From IMG/VR virus record IMGVR_UViG_3300017988_000572, positions 1 through 35,619 of that record: DNA of 35,619 bases; one strand, written 5' to 3'. Every line of letters begins with the position of its first letter. The stretch's first letter is position 1. The position numbers and the translations under genes are program-made. This DNA is from a virus (taxonomy: Duplodnaviria > Caudoviricetes). Below are positions 15,801 to 23,941 of the stretch, piece by piece. The notes below the pieces were generated by a model, which was given only the letters and a program-made list of their open reading frames with translations, was not told the DNA's origin and ran no database searches.

Positions 15801-18011
15801 CGCGTGGCCCACGATCCCGGCGGCGTGGAGCGCAAAGCTATTCAGGCCTGGTGCAAGAAGCGCATCGGCCGCGTCCTGCCGATCACCAGCGTAAAGGACC
15901 AGGGGCTGACCAAGCTGTACGACGACCGCGCCGTGGCTGTGGCCAAGAACAGCGGCAAGCTGCTGAACGATCCGACGAAGATCAAAGCCAGGGCTGTAGA
16001 AAAGACTGGATGCGTCGCCTGCGAGCGTGGCGATTGCGAAATGCACGGATACAGCCCTGATGAAGAGCGAAATGCTCACGGTGAGTGGAGCCAAGGGGGC
16101 GACGAAGAAAAAGACCTGACACCGCAGCAGACCGAGCAGGAGATGCTGAATCTTTATCACGGCACCGCCTCCGACGCGCTGCGTTCGATTGCCAGAGAAG
16201 GGCTGGTTCCGGGTAAGGGACAGGGAGGAGATGCAGCGGCGATTGCTGCTGGACTGCACGGGATTGCTGTGCATTCGCTGATAGCGCGCCCGAAAAGCAC
16301 TTATTTTACGACTTCAGAAAGGGACGCCAAGTTTTTCGCTATGATCGCCGCTGCTGTCAACCCTGGATCGAAGCCCGTGGTATTGCAGGTGCGCGTGCCC
16401 CGCGCGCTAGCCGACACGTTCAAGGCTGACGAGCTGAACAAGCTGGACGGGGTAGCGCTGCGTGATGAAAAGCCGCTCCCTCCCAAATACATCGCCGCTT
16501 ATCAGACGCCGCCGATGGAATGGACGCCCAGCGGTTCCAGCATAGAACAGATTGTGAACCGCTGGAACAGTTCCTGGAAGAGATTCAGCCCAAGCGTGTT
16601 TGCTGCTGCCGATGGCTACGTGACCTATTACAGCTTCATCCTGCATCATCCCGGCGACGTGGAGGCTTACTCTGACGACGAGGAGCGGGATGAGCGTGGG
16701 CGCTGGGTGAAGGTCGGCTCCGAGCTTTTTGTTTCGCCTAACACCGGCGAATCGACCTTGGACGAGGCACTGAGCGAGATGAACAGCGACCGGCAGAAGA
16801 GCTTCATTGGACTGAGCAATCGTGTGGTGGGAGCCGTTGCCCGTTCCAGCGCTGTTCATTCTGCGATCGGCGTCTGGGCTGACGGCGCTGAGACCTCAGC
16901 TAGCATTGACCTGCCGAAGAGTGTTGACGCCGACACCAGCCGCTACATCGGCGCGCTGCTGGCCAAGGCCGCTGCGCAGAAGGCCTATCTGAATTTCGTG
17001 CGCGATCCACAGGGCAGCAACCTACTTTACGAGTGCAAGACTGGTGACGATCTGGGTACTATAAACAAGAAGCTGACCGCTGCTGGGATTGGTTTTCATA
17101 CCATGATCCCTGGTGGGGGTGGAACCGAAGTCCGGGTGTTCGATGCCGACGGCTCCCAGGCTGCAAAGATGGAGTCCTTCGCCAAGGACAACGATCTGCA
17201 TGTCGAGGTCAGCCGCGGCACCGGAACCTTTGTGGGGAGTGAAGAAAGCCGTGAAGAAGGAGCTAACGAGTATGACCAAATCATCCAGCGGTACGAGCGA
17301 GAACACCCCGACAAAGCCTATCGAGATTCCCTCCAGTTTCGAGGATGTGACGAGCAAGGGCGGAACCGTGGTGATTGTGGGAGGAGTGCCTACGCCCAAG
17401 AAGAAATCTTCACCCTCGATCTAGGAGCGTTAGAGGAGCGCATTCACGCCGCCATTTCGACTGCTGAAGTGGTGAGGCGCATCCGTGGTCTTAGGACCGT
17501 CCCCGAACCCAAAGGCAAGTGGTCTACGATGCGGCGGGCCAAGCAGCGCCGCTACAACACCGCGTCCGTGTGGAAAGAGAATCCCATGACCCGCATCGAC
17601 AAGCCTGCCGATGCTGAGGCCTTCAAGCGCCTGCCGGTCAAGATACGCGATCACATTGTTGACACCGCGCCGCTGCGGACCTTCAACCCGAAAGACCTCA
17701 AGAGCAATCAGCCTGCTGTGTATCAGGCCGACCTCGAGCACTTTGCTCATCACGGCCACGATCCTGAGCCTGTGATTGTTCTGAAGACGCGAGTTGGGTT
17801 GTACGTTCACAACGGCAATCACCGCGCGACCGTAGCCATGCTCTCGGGCCGCCGCATCAAAGCCAGGTATGTCGATCTCAGCAAGGTCAAGGAAATTCAG
17901 GCTATGATCCCAATAATTGACGGTATGCTGGAGGCGAGGAACATCTTCGCGCCCGAGGAATCGGCTGGGCGCAGGTTGTCATTGGCGGTGAATCTGGCGG
18001 TGGAGCAATGA
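12840..18011 (+). CDS. Polyvalent multi-effector polyprotein: Zeta-toxin-like kinase, unknown, Fic, ART-like, HAD, ART-like, unknown, ParB/Srx-like
   Basis: P-loop GKPGAGKS plus INADDV; HPFSDGMGR; YHGT twice; GFDLDGTL; VHNGNHRATVA; modules separated by a 16-aa repeat. Start 12840 or 12834. Confidence 0.88.
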   Translation: MALSSSAAASLRSNPFDLELLQAQVAADLEAFDPDEERDPHGRWVRGMPEQGELFEKYQQKQSDRIAQVLKRAAADKRVAQAAQEAATRGDARNDPGVTTDGQHYTPQTDDFNKRVAESFLDPKAKVPEGKQPIAVFMLGKPGAGKSAMMGSLRDKLPPMVNINADDVMDKLPGYKGTLAQAYHEWGCDVARHYLTPEALTGHYNVNFDMTDNVSRLERTAQECKLMGYRIVVLHADVDTATSVERAYNRFVVKGRYVPLDVVKSYGERPKQAYDHIKASGIADEWREYDTTDAGLGRARGGAPVRARLVESGYRTPGPVLIGAERSLGTGAGRGRSHRLSRLVQETSRAKVALLQAANELGVLAYSDDEARDAHGEWTRGDSVEDSYQVLGELGKRGKSAALITGTGKIGIGDSHPHVANSLGYGDKNDPFGVDWDRFYADGGVLVRYRPYNVDVSFGSPNEEDMDRVRSILDAVPNSDGNHYTMDYFQPGADGRFAMGDKQNVLRAMNRWQRGLAGAGVQAYSEDEERDDHGRWTSGMDANLKALSRTAKGEERHSDRPGLAKSGQELADKATDNFHKAAEWVWQNRELEMDRSNLPYIVTKIGDMVNEGLLKPGQSLWRNYEDPKLHYPPASEIKGLMQNFYSELADRIKSGDDPKGIAAWAEHEFNVKIHPFSDGMGRATQLLSGMILLQKGHDLPKYEGRDSFYKNMTGPDWEKYYRGLFGVEAYSPDEERDSHGEWTSGGIVYHGTSSAALKQIAKEGLIPGKGQGGDAWARKFGRERGMGSAPAEMLGRAKSIFFTRDRINMVNFAAAAAEVNKGSLPVILKVNLPADVAKKMKQDEFSGPGNWRYTHTIPAKYITAYRPATKFEGGYFPPAEGTTWGKWKKFDPSQLAASGTVTFYTFILCHPGLEAYSPDEARDAHGRWGNSGDAPEKWIGFDLDGTLAHYEHWEGPGKIGAPLKDTEVWKALEDHLAAGDHVKIMTARVAHDPGGVERKAIQAWCKKRIGRVLPITSVKDQGLTKLYDDRAVAVAKNSGKLLNDPTKIKARAVEKTGCVACERGDCEMHGYSPDEERNAHGEWSQGGDEEKDLTPQQTEQEMLNLYHGTASDALRSIAREGLVPGKGQGGDAAAIAAGLHGIAVHSLIARPKSTYFTTSERDAKFFAMIAAAVNPGSKPVVLQVRVPRALADTFKADELNKLDGVALRDEKPLPPKYIAAYQTPPMEWTPSGSSIEQIVNRWNSSWKRFSPSVFAAADGYVTYYSFILHHPGDVEAYSDDEERDERGRWVKVGSELFVSPNTGESTLDEALSEMNSDRQKSFIGLSNRVVGAVARSSAVHSAIGVWADGAETSASIDLPKSVDADTSRYIGALLAKAAAQKAYLNFVRDPQGSNLLYECKTGDDLGTINKKLTAAGIGFHTMIPGGGGTEVRVFDADGSQAAKMESFAKDNDLHVEVSRGTGTFVGSEESREEGANEYDQIIQRYEREHPDKAYRDSLQFRGCDEQGRNRGDCGRSAYAQEEIFTLDLGALEERIHAAISTAEVVRRIRGLRTVPEPKGKWSTMRRAKQRRYNTASVWKENPMTRIDKPADAEAFKRLPVKIRDHIVDTAPLRTFNPKDLKSNQPAVYQADLEHFAHHGHDPEPVIVLKTRVGLYVHNGNHRATVAMLSGRRIKARYVDLSKVKEIQAMIPIIDGMLEARNIFAPEESAGRRLSLAVNLAVEQ
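12924..16706 (+). repeat. Seven dispersed 48-nt copies of peptide tag [LVM]xA(Y/F)SxDE(E/A)RDxHG(R/E)W
   Basis: Copies at 12924, 13926, 14400, 15018, 15576, 16041 (MHG variant) and 16659; a related copy at 18071-18121 in the next gene. Confidence 0.95.
13705..13896 (+). CDS. Overprinted +1-frame small gene (63 aa), candidate immunity protein for the Zeta domain
   Basis: GGAGGGAGT-ATG; begins where the Zeta domain ends; the host frame there is an Arg/Gly-rich linker. Confidence 0.6.
   Translation: MTQPTQDSDEHVAERQSEQDLSNPATAPLGRYSSEPSEAWAQALEEGVHTAYLDWCKKHPEQK
17272..17424 (+). CDS. Overprinted +1-frame small gene (50 aa), candidate partner of the preceding module
   Basis: AAGGAG 9 nt before ATG; same GAGTATGAC start context as 13705; host frame Arg/Gly-rich. 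Confidence 0.5.
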   Translation: MTKSSSGTSENTPTKPIEIPSSFEDVTSKGGTVVIVGGVPTPKKKSSPSI

Positions 18012-21000
18012 GTCTTGCTGCGATGGTAGAGGGTCTGGCACGGGACGCTGTCGAGGCCGCGCTGCGTGCGATCGAGGCTTGGAACGAGCAGGACCACCCG
18101 CGTGATGATCACGGCCGCTTCACCGACAAGGGCGGAGTGCCTGCTAGGCACACACCCGCTGGACATGCTGCCAAGCTGGCCAATGCCGGGTATCGCCTGT
18201 ATCACGCTGGAGTCGGCCCGTCTGATGCCGACGAATGGCATTACCACGGCAAACTGAACGGCGACGGTGTTCTTGTGAGGCCTTACGGCCATGGCGGCGC
18301 CAAGTACGCGCATCAGGTGAAGCTGCAGGGAGTGGATAAGGACGGCAACACCTTCTACAAAGGCCACCAGATCAACCAGCTGCTGCAGGAAAACGCTAAG
18401 CGGCATCCACCTGAGCCTGGCGTCGCCCCACCAAAGCCCGTGGTGCCGCGGGGAGCCCAACCGGCCAAGGCCGCGCCAGCGAAAGCGGCCCCTGCCGTAC
18501 AGCAGATGCTGCTTCCGGGGCAGCAGCAGAAGATCGATAACGTTGTGAGCCCGGCCGTGCAGCAAAAACTTGCTGCTGCCGGGTTTACAGCCGTGAGGGT
18601 GAACCAAGATGGAAAAGCTGTATTCAACCAGGGTGATGTGCAGCTGCAGATCGGAAAGGGGGATGACGGCAAGCCGAACTATCAGATTTTGCAGAGTGGA
18701 AAGGCTTTGGGGGGTGCGGTGGCTCATCGACCCTTCGATGCTCAAGGCAATCTGCGGCCAGACATTGCCTGGGCCGTCAACAAAGGAGCAGCCAACTTTG
18801 GACTGCCGGTGAAGAAAGGCGCCGCACCGCCGAATGGACTGGTATACGGCAACTCGGCCAAAGCCCTGGCCACCGCTGGATTCATTTATCGAGGAGTAGC
18901 TACGGCGTCGGATGGCTCCCGCCGCGCCTGCTATGAGACGCCGGACAAATCCGCGCAGATGTATGTAGGGAAATATGTCGGGTACAACTTGTTTGTGAAC
19001 GGAAAGCAGGTGAATTCCGGTGGCCAGCTTTACGACATCAATCACAACGGTGAGCCCTATCTGAAACAGGATATTCGCGAGGCGGCTGGACTGCCTAAGC
19101 CTAAATTTGATGTGGACCCGCAGCAAGTGTACCAGAGCCTCATCAGCAAAGACGATCGCAGCGCCCTGGATCGAGCTGGATTTACGGTGAAGGACGTGAA
19201 GTTCAACGAAGGCGGCGACCCCACCCTCGTTCTGAGCAAGGGCGATGTACAGATACGGAGGGCAGCCGGGAAAGACTTGAAAGTATTCCAGAATGGTATA
19301 GAGGTCAACGCGCCTGGGGGGCGCGGGTGGAGATTTCGAGACCAGTGGGGGAACCTGGACAAGCCATTGCGGGACTTGATTGGGATGCCCGATCCCGATC
19401 TGAAAATTCCTACCCATCTTCCTTCATCGGATAAGACGTCGCCGCCTGTTAATTTAGTTGGTGATGAGGGAAACAGACTGCTGACCGGACGTGGTGGTTT
19501 TACTTATGTGGGAGTGGGGCGCGACAGCCAAGGCGGCCAATATGCGAAGTATCAGAACGCTAACGGCGTGACGCTGCGGGTCAACGATGCTGGTAAGACC
19601 ATCGCCGTGGATAAGAACGGCAATAAATTAGGAGAGTGGACCGGCGTTCCGTTTGAACGCAACAACAACGGCCAGAGATACCTGCTGCCCGACTTTCGCC
19701 AGGCCGTAGGCATTCCTGATAGGCCCTACAACGGCGCCAACGCCGAGCAAGACTACAAAAGAGCAACAAGCGCCGTTCAACGCGACGCCCTGGCCAAAGC
19801 TGGCTTTGTACTTGATGGCGCGAAGTACAACGAGAAGGAAGAGCCGGTTGTTGTACTGCGCCGGCCCGACGGCGCTGAGATGCAGATCAACAGCGCCGGA
19901 TACCAGCTCAAGCCTAAGGGACAGCAGGCAGCGAATCCTGTGCAGCCGATGTATCAGTTGATGGACAAGTTCGGTTTTTTGAACCAAAACATTCGACAGA
20001 CTCTTGGGCTGCCTCAGCCGGATTTGAGGCTGCCGGTGACCAACCCCGACAAGGACACACGACCAGACTCGCGGCTTGTGAGTCGCAGCGCCGACGAAGC
20101 CTTTCAAAAAGCTGGTTTTGTTTATATGGGCAACGGCCGCGACAAGGACGGCAACGACTTTGCTCAATATATTCATCCAGCTGGAGCTATTCTGCGGAAG
20201 CAGGATGGAGGAGACTTCTACATCACCCCGCCTGGCGGTAAGGAAGTGGCGCTGAACGATGACCATCCTTATGAGCGCGACTCGAACCGGCAGGCAAAGT
20301 TGAAGATGACGGTGCGTGAGGCTGCTGGACTGCCGACCTGGTGGTTGTCGGCTCCGCCATCCAAGACTCCGCCTGTGCCACAAGCCACGCCACAGCGGCC
20401 GATTCCAAGCCCCAGCATCCAGCCTGATCTGCCTATGACGCTGCCGCCGCACGACGAGATGAATGCTATTGAAAGAGAACTGGCGCAGGGAAAATCGTCG
20501 GGCAGCAGCCGCATGGGCGGAGGCGTGAACGAGACTGTTAAGGTGCAGCTCGAGAACGGCATGAAGTGCGTTTTTAAGCCCAACGACGGTGAGGACAAAT
20601 TCTGCGCTGGTGGCTGGAACATCGAGGTGAAAGCCGGAGCCCAGGCCATGAGAGAGGTAGCCGCGTATCAGGTAGCGAAGCTGGTGGGGATGAAGGACCT
20701 CGTGCCACCGACCGTCTACCGCAACCAGAACGGCAAGATGGGGATCATTCACCCCTTTGCTGAGGGAGAAACGGCCGGAAACGTCGGAGAGGCAAAGCGT
20801 TACGACGGCGACCGGGATTGTGCCCGCTGCGCCGCCTTTGATTACGTGATTGCCGATGGCGACCGCCACAACGGCAACTGGATTTGCCAAGGAGACGGCC
20901 CTAAGATTCAGCTGATCGATCATGGGATGTGTTTTCCCAACGGCGACAAGATGCAAAATGTAAGGGGATTTTTAGTGAAGATGAAAAATGACAAGGACGA

Positions 21001-21169
21001 CATCAACGGTCTACGGCCGAGGGACATGGCGGCACCGTTTGTGGATAAGAAAAACGAGATCATCGGCAAAATGTCAAAGCTGGGATTCAGCAAGGAAGCT
21101 ATTCATGGAGTAGCGGCGCGGATCGATGACCTTGCTACCGCTAGGAAGTGGGAAGATTTGAAGTATTGA
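18008..21169 (+). CDS. Tagged repeat protein with C-terminal PI3/PI4-kinase/HipA-like kinase domain
   Basis: N-terminal IEAWNEQDHPRDDHGRF; GGGVNET, VFKP, REVAAY, VPPTV, DRHNGN and IDHG kinase motifs; ATGA-coupled. Confidence 0.88.
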   Translation: MSLAAMVEGLARDAVEAALRAIEAWNEQDHPRDDHGRFTDKGGVPARHTPAGHAAKLANAGYRLYHAGVGPSDADEWHYHGKLNGDGVLVRPYGHGGAKYAHQVKLQGVDKDGNTFYKGHQINQLLQENAKRHPPEPGVAPPKPVVPRGAQPAKAAPAKAAPAVQQMLLPGQQQKIDNVVSPAVQQKLAAAGFTAVRVNQDGKAVFNQGDVQLQIGKGDDGKPNYQILQSGKALGGAVAHRPFDAQGNLRPDIAWAVNKGAANFGLPVKKGAAPPNGLVYGNSAKALATAGFIYRGVATASDGSRRACYETPDKSAQMYVGKYVGYNLFVNGKQVNSGGQLYDINHNGEPYLKQDIREAAGLPKPKFDVDPQQVYQSLISKDDRSALDRAGFTVKDVKFNEGGDPTLVLSKGDVQIRRAAGKDLKVFQNGIEVNAPGGRGWRFRDQWGNLDKPLRDLIGMPDPDLKIPTHLPSSDKTSPPVNLVGDEGNRLLTGRGGFTYVGVGRDSQGGQYAKYQNANGVTLRVNDAGKTIAVDKNGNKLGEWTGVPFERNNNGQRYLLPDFRQAVGIPDRPYNGANAEQDYKRATSAVQRDALAKAGFVLDGAKYNEKEEPVVVLRRPDGAEMQINSAGYQLKPKGQQAANPVQPMYQLMDKFGFLNQNIRQTLGLPQPDLRLPVTNPDKDTRPDSRLVSRSADEAFQKAGFVYMGNGRDKDGNDFAQYIHPAGAILRKQDGGDFYITPPGGKEVALNDDHPYERDSNRQAKLKMTVREAAGLPTWWLSAPPSKTPPVPQATPQRPIPSPSIQPDLPMTLPPHDEMNAIERELAQGKSSGSSRMGGGVNETVKVQLENGMKCVFKPNDGEDKFCAGGWNIEVKAGAQAMREVAAYQVAKLVGMKDLVPPTVYRNQNGKMGIIHPFAEGETAGNVGEAKRYDGDRDCARCAAFDYVIADGDRHNGNWICQGDGPKIQLIDHGMCFPNGDKMQNVRGFLVKMKNDKDDINGLRPRDMAAPFVDKKNEIIGKMSKLGFSKEAIHGVAARIDDLATARKWEDLKY
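18545..20340 (+). repeat. Six ~95-100-aa repeats alternating A/B, (AB)3
   Basis: Units begin with L..AGF (or GGF) and end with L...(I/V/F/L)R..(A/I/V/L)G(L/M/I)P, the first unit more degenerately; A units contain D..GNL/GFL, B units contain F.Y.G.(GRD).DG...A.Y. Confidence 0.8.
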
Positions 21170-21176
21170 GGTGGGT

Positions 21177-22172
21177 ATGGACCTGAGCTGCACCTTTTTA
21201 GAGACAACCGACAAAGGGCAGAGACCTGTATTTAAGATTCTGTCGCGTGACGGGATTATCACAGGCCGGCTGATCAATCCCCGCTCCGCTATGATGATGG
21301 ACGCGGTTTTGGCTGATGATCCGCTGCGTATCGGGAGCATGGCTTTTCCGAAGTCGAATCCCGAGGCCTATATGCGGGCTCTTCCGCACGCCTACAGCGG
21401 CGAGCGTCTGCGGGCGCAACTACAGGACGCGCGAGGGAAAGATATACAAGCTGTGTCGCCTCCGGGCTGGCGTGGCACGACCGAACACATGAAGGACCAT
21501 CCCGAGATAACCAATCCCTATGCGCTGGCCTGGTCGATGTATAAGAAAGGCGACAGCTCGCATAAGGCCGAGCCACCGGATACGCCGCGGGTGAAGGTGT
21601 CAAAGAAGACGAAGAAGGCGAGGCAGAAGGCGCTCGAGGAGAAGGATGTGAAGACCGCTGCTGATGGTTTTGGACCGGGAGAGATCGCGCGGAACGTGAT
21701 CCGCGAAAAGGCTCTTGGCGTGGAATCGAAAGCCTACAAGCTGGCTGGATACACCAGCTTTCAGGGGCTGCCGATCAGCATCGAGAACCGAAAGGGAGAT
21801 ATTCGTAAGGGCCTCGATCACGACGGCACACCCTGGTCCGTGAAGATGCCATGCGACTACGGCTATATCAAAGGCACCCAGGGCAGCGATGGCGATGAGG
21901 TGGACTGCTTCATCGGGCCACTCAAGAACGCCAAGTTTGCCTACATCTTTCACATCGAGAACGACGCCGACCATACTTACGATGAGGACAAGTGTTTTCT
22001 GGGATTTTCATCGGACGAAGCGGCGCGCAAAATCTTCAATCTGGCCTACGACAACGCCGGCGAGATATTCCATTCCGTGACCATGCTGCCTATGCACGAG
22101 TTCATTGAGAAGGTTTTGCATACCCACGATTTGAAGAGACCGGGTAAGATACATGCGGAGGTGAAGGCATGA
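21177..22172 (+). CDS. Tripartite protein: small N-terminal domain, PPGW...NPYALAW module, inorganic pyrophosphatase-like (InPase) domain
   Basis: FQGLPISIENRKG..R.G....G..W...M..DYGYI.GT.G.DGDEVDCFIGP...YDEDK.FLGF; start ATG 21177 or GTG 21171. Confidence 0.82.
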   Translation: MDLSCTFLETTDKGQRPVFKILSRDGIITGRLINPRSAMMMDAVLADDPLRIGSMAFPKSNPEAYMRALPHAYSGERLRAQLQDARGKDIQAVSPPGWRGTTEHMKDHPEITNPYALAWSMYKKGDSSHKAEPPDTPRVKVSKKTKKARQKALEEKDVKTAADGFGPGEIARNVIREKALGVESKAYKLAGYTSFQGLPISIENRKGDIRKGLDHDGTPWSVKMPCDYGYIKGTQGSDGDEVDCFIGPLKNAKFAYIFHIENDADHTYDEDKCFLGFSSDEAARKIFNLAYDNAGEIFHSVTMLPMHEFIEKVLHTHDLKRPGKIHAEVKA

Positions 22173-22984
22173 GCGCCGGACCGTTTATACCATGCTACGT
22201 GCTCCCTAGCGAGCTGACGAGCTACGGACTGCCATCGCCTGTCGCGCAGCCAGACATTCTGAACCTCATCTACCTGGCCTCCTCCATCATCGATGAGGCT
22301 TGTGGGAGAATCGACGGCGACGGCAACGGCTCGCTGGTGTTCACGACCTACACGCAGCGCATTCTGATGCAGACCAGAAACCGCAACCTGGCGCTGCTGC
22401 CTTTGAAGCCGATCGTGCCGCTCACGCAGGACCAGATCGACAATTTGGCGGCCTCGGGCAGCAACGGAACGCCGAACTATTATTTGACCGGCGCTTTACA
22501 GCCAAGCGTCTTCCTGAATCCCTGGGGAACGTTGTCTGGGATTGTAGGCGCCAGCGGCCGCTATGGTTATACGCGGCAGGATATGTCGATTGCCTACCCC
22601 GACCTGTTCGCGTTTATCAATCCGTTGAACCTGGTGACCATGTTCGGCGGCCCCGCTCCTTGGGTGGCGGTAGACGTTACGAACACCGACTACGACGCGA
22701 AAACCGGGGAGGTGTGGATACCGGCTGGTTTGCAGCTGCAGCGGTACTCCGAAATTCTCATCACCTACAACTCCGGCTACGACCCGACGTGTATGCCGAT
22801 CGGCATTAAGATGGCCTGCGCCTGCTTGGTCAAGAATGCCATGGCCAAGGGCGACGGCACCACCGCCCTGACGTCGATGAGGCTGGGAAGATCGGGGGCT
22901 AACATGGAGTTTGTGCCGGGATCGCTGATCGATCCGACTGTCGATGCGCTTCTGACCCCGTACAAGGTAGTGCGCGCATACTAA
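22169..22984 (+). CDS. Head-tail adaptor/connector
   Basis: LASSIIDEACGR, ITYNSGYD...PIGIKMACACLV and DALLTPYK resemble HK97 gp6/SPP1 gp15-type adaptors; position fits. Confidence 0.78.
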   Translation: MSAGPFIPCYVLPSELTSYGLPSPVAQPDILNLIYLASSIIDEACGRIDGDGNGSLVFTTYTQRILMQTRNRNLALLPLKPIVPLTQDQIDNLAASGSNGTPNYYLTGALQPSVFLNPWGTLSGIVGASGRYGYTRQDMSIAYPDLFAFINPLNLVTMFGGPAPWVAVDVTNTDYDAKTGEVWIPAGLQLQRYSEILITYNSGYDPTCMPIGIKMACACLVKNAMAKGDGTTALTSMRLGRSGANMEFVPGSLIDPTVDALLTPYKVVRAY

Positions 22985-22993
22985 GAGGCGATA

Positions 22994-23473
22994 ATGGGCT
23001 ATGGCGGAATAAATATCGGTTATGGAATTCAGCGTCTCATCGACGCGCAGATGCGCTATCTCGATGCGAACCGGGTTCCGGTATCCATGCGCTTTCGAGA
23101 CTTTGTGCCACCCACAGATCAGCTGTATGCGCAGCTGGGATACGTGATTACGCCCGACAGCGGCGGAGCTGGGACGACCGACGTGCTGATCAACCCGCCC
23201 TGCAGCACGCGGCTGGTTTCGATGCACAATATCGGCATGTCGCAGGGCAAACTGCGCTTCGGAGCTAGGGAATTTACCATCTCGCAGAGCTTTATAAACG
23301 CTCAGCAGCTTGCTCTTGGCTTGGCGACGCCGGAGCAGTTATGGTTGAGCAAGCAATTGGTAGGGCTTGTGGGCTATGGGGTTTTGTGGAGCATTGAGCT
23401 GTACGCCTCCGATGATGTGGGGGGTATTCCCGTAGTCTGGACTGTTACGGCAAACGCGAACGAGTTGAGGTGA
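22994..23473 (+). CDS. Probable head closure/stopper protein
   Basis: Directly after the adaptor; beta-rich 159 aa; synteny only. Confidence 0.55.
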   Translation: MGYGGINIGYGIQRLIDAQMRYLDANRVPVSMRFRDFVPPTDQLYAQLGYVITPDSGGAGTTDVLINPPCSTRLVSMHNIGMSQGKLRFGAREFTISQSFINAQQLALGLATPEQLWLSKQLVGLVGYGVLWSIELYASDDVGGIPVVWTVTANANELR

Positions 23474-23476
23474 GCT

Positions 23477-23941
23477 ATGAATCTGACTGGAGCCGCGGAA
23501 CTGCGAAGCAAAGGGCGGCAGATCATGGCCGGAAGCGTCGGAGAGGCCCGTTTCCAGCCCGTTCATGCTGGAGCCCACATGCACTTTATGAAGGTGGGCT
23601 ATATGCACACCGGCAACAAGGTGCGTGGCGGCATCACGACCAGCGAGTATTTTAAGGCTAAGAGGGGCAACTCGCGCAGCGTCTCCGTGCAGAACGACGG
23701 TAGCTACACAAAAACTTCACGGACCGCTCGCGGCGTGTACAAGCGCCGTGGTAAGCTGGACGCGAAAGGGATGAAGTGCCACAACTTCTCGCCGGACATG
23801 GGGTCGCTCAAGAAGCACCATGCCGCTGAGAGGATGAGCGTGAGGGGCACGAAGCAATGCTCCTGCGGGCACGAGCCGTGGATGCACTCGAAAGACGGCA
23901 GCTGCAATGTGGTTGGCTGTGAAGACAAGTGCGGGAAATGA
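23477..23941 (+). CDS. Basic hypothetical protein with C-terminal Cys/His finger
   Basis: GAGGTG RBS; Lys/Arg-rich; CSCGH...H....C....C...C. Confidence 0.7.
   Translation: MNLTGAAELRSKGRQIMAGSVGEARFQPVHAGAHMHFMKVGYMHTGNKVRGGITTSEYFKAKRGNSRSVSVQNDGSYTKTSRTARGVYKRRGKLDAKGMKCHNFSPDMGSLKKHHAAERMSVRGTKQCSCGHEPWMHSKDGSCNVVGCEDKCGK

Noticed and set aside
14697-16274. 525-aa minus-strand ORF (similarly 17897..19417, 19628..20956, 29940..31313)
   Set aside because: Antisense shadows of codon-biased + strand genes; no motifs or RBS recognised.
12924-16706. Dispersed repeats as a CRISPR array or DGR template/variable repeats
   Set aside because: Spacing is 0.45-1 kb, repeats are in frame and conserved at peptide level; no cas or reverse transcriptase gene.
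17338-17370. FRGCDEQGR as an eighth tag copy
   Set aside because: Lacks the xxA|YS and terminal Trp; lies within the overprinted region.
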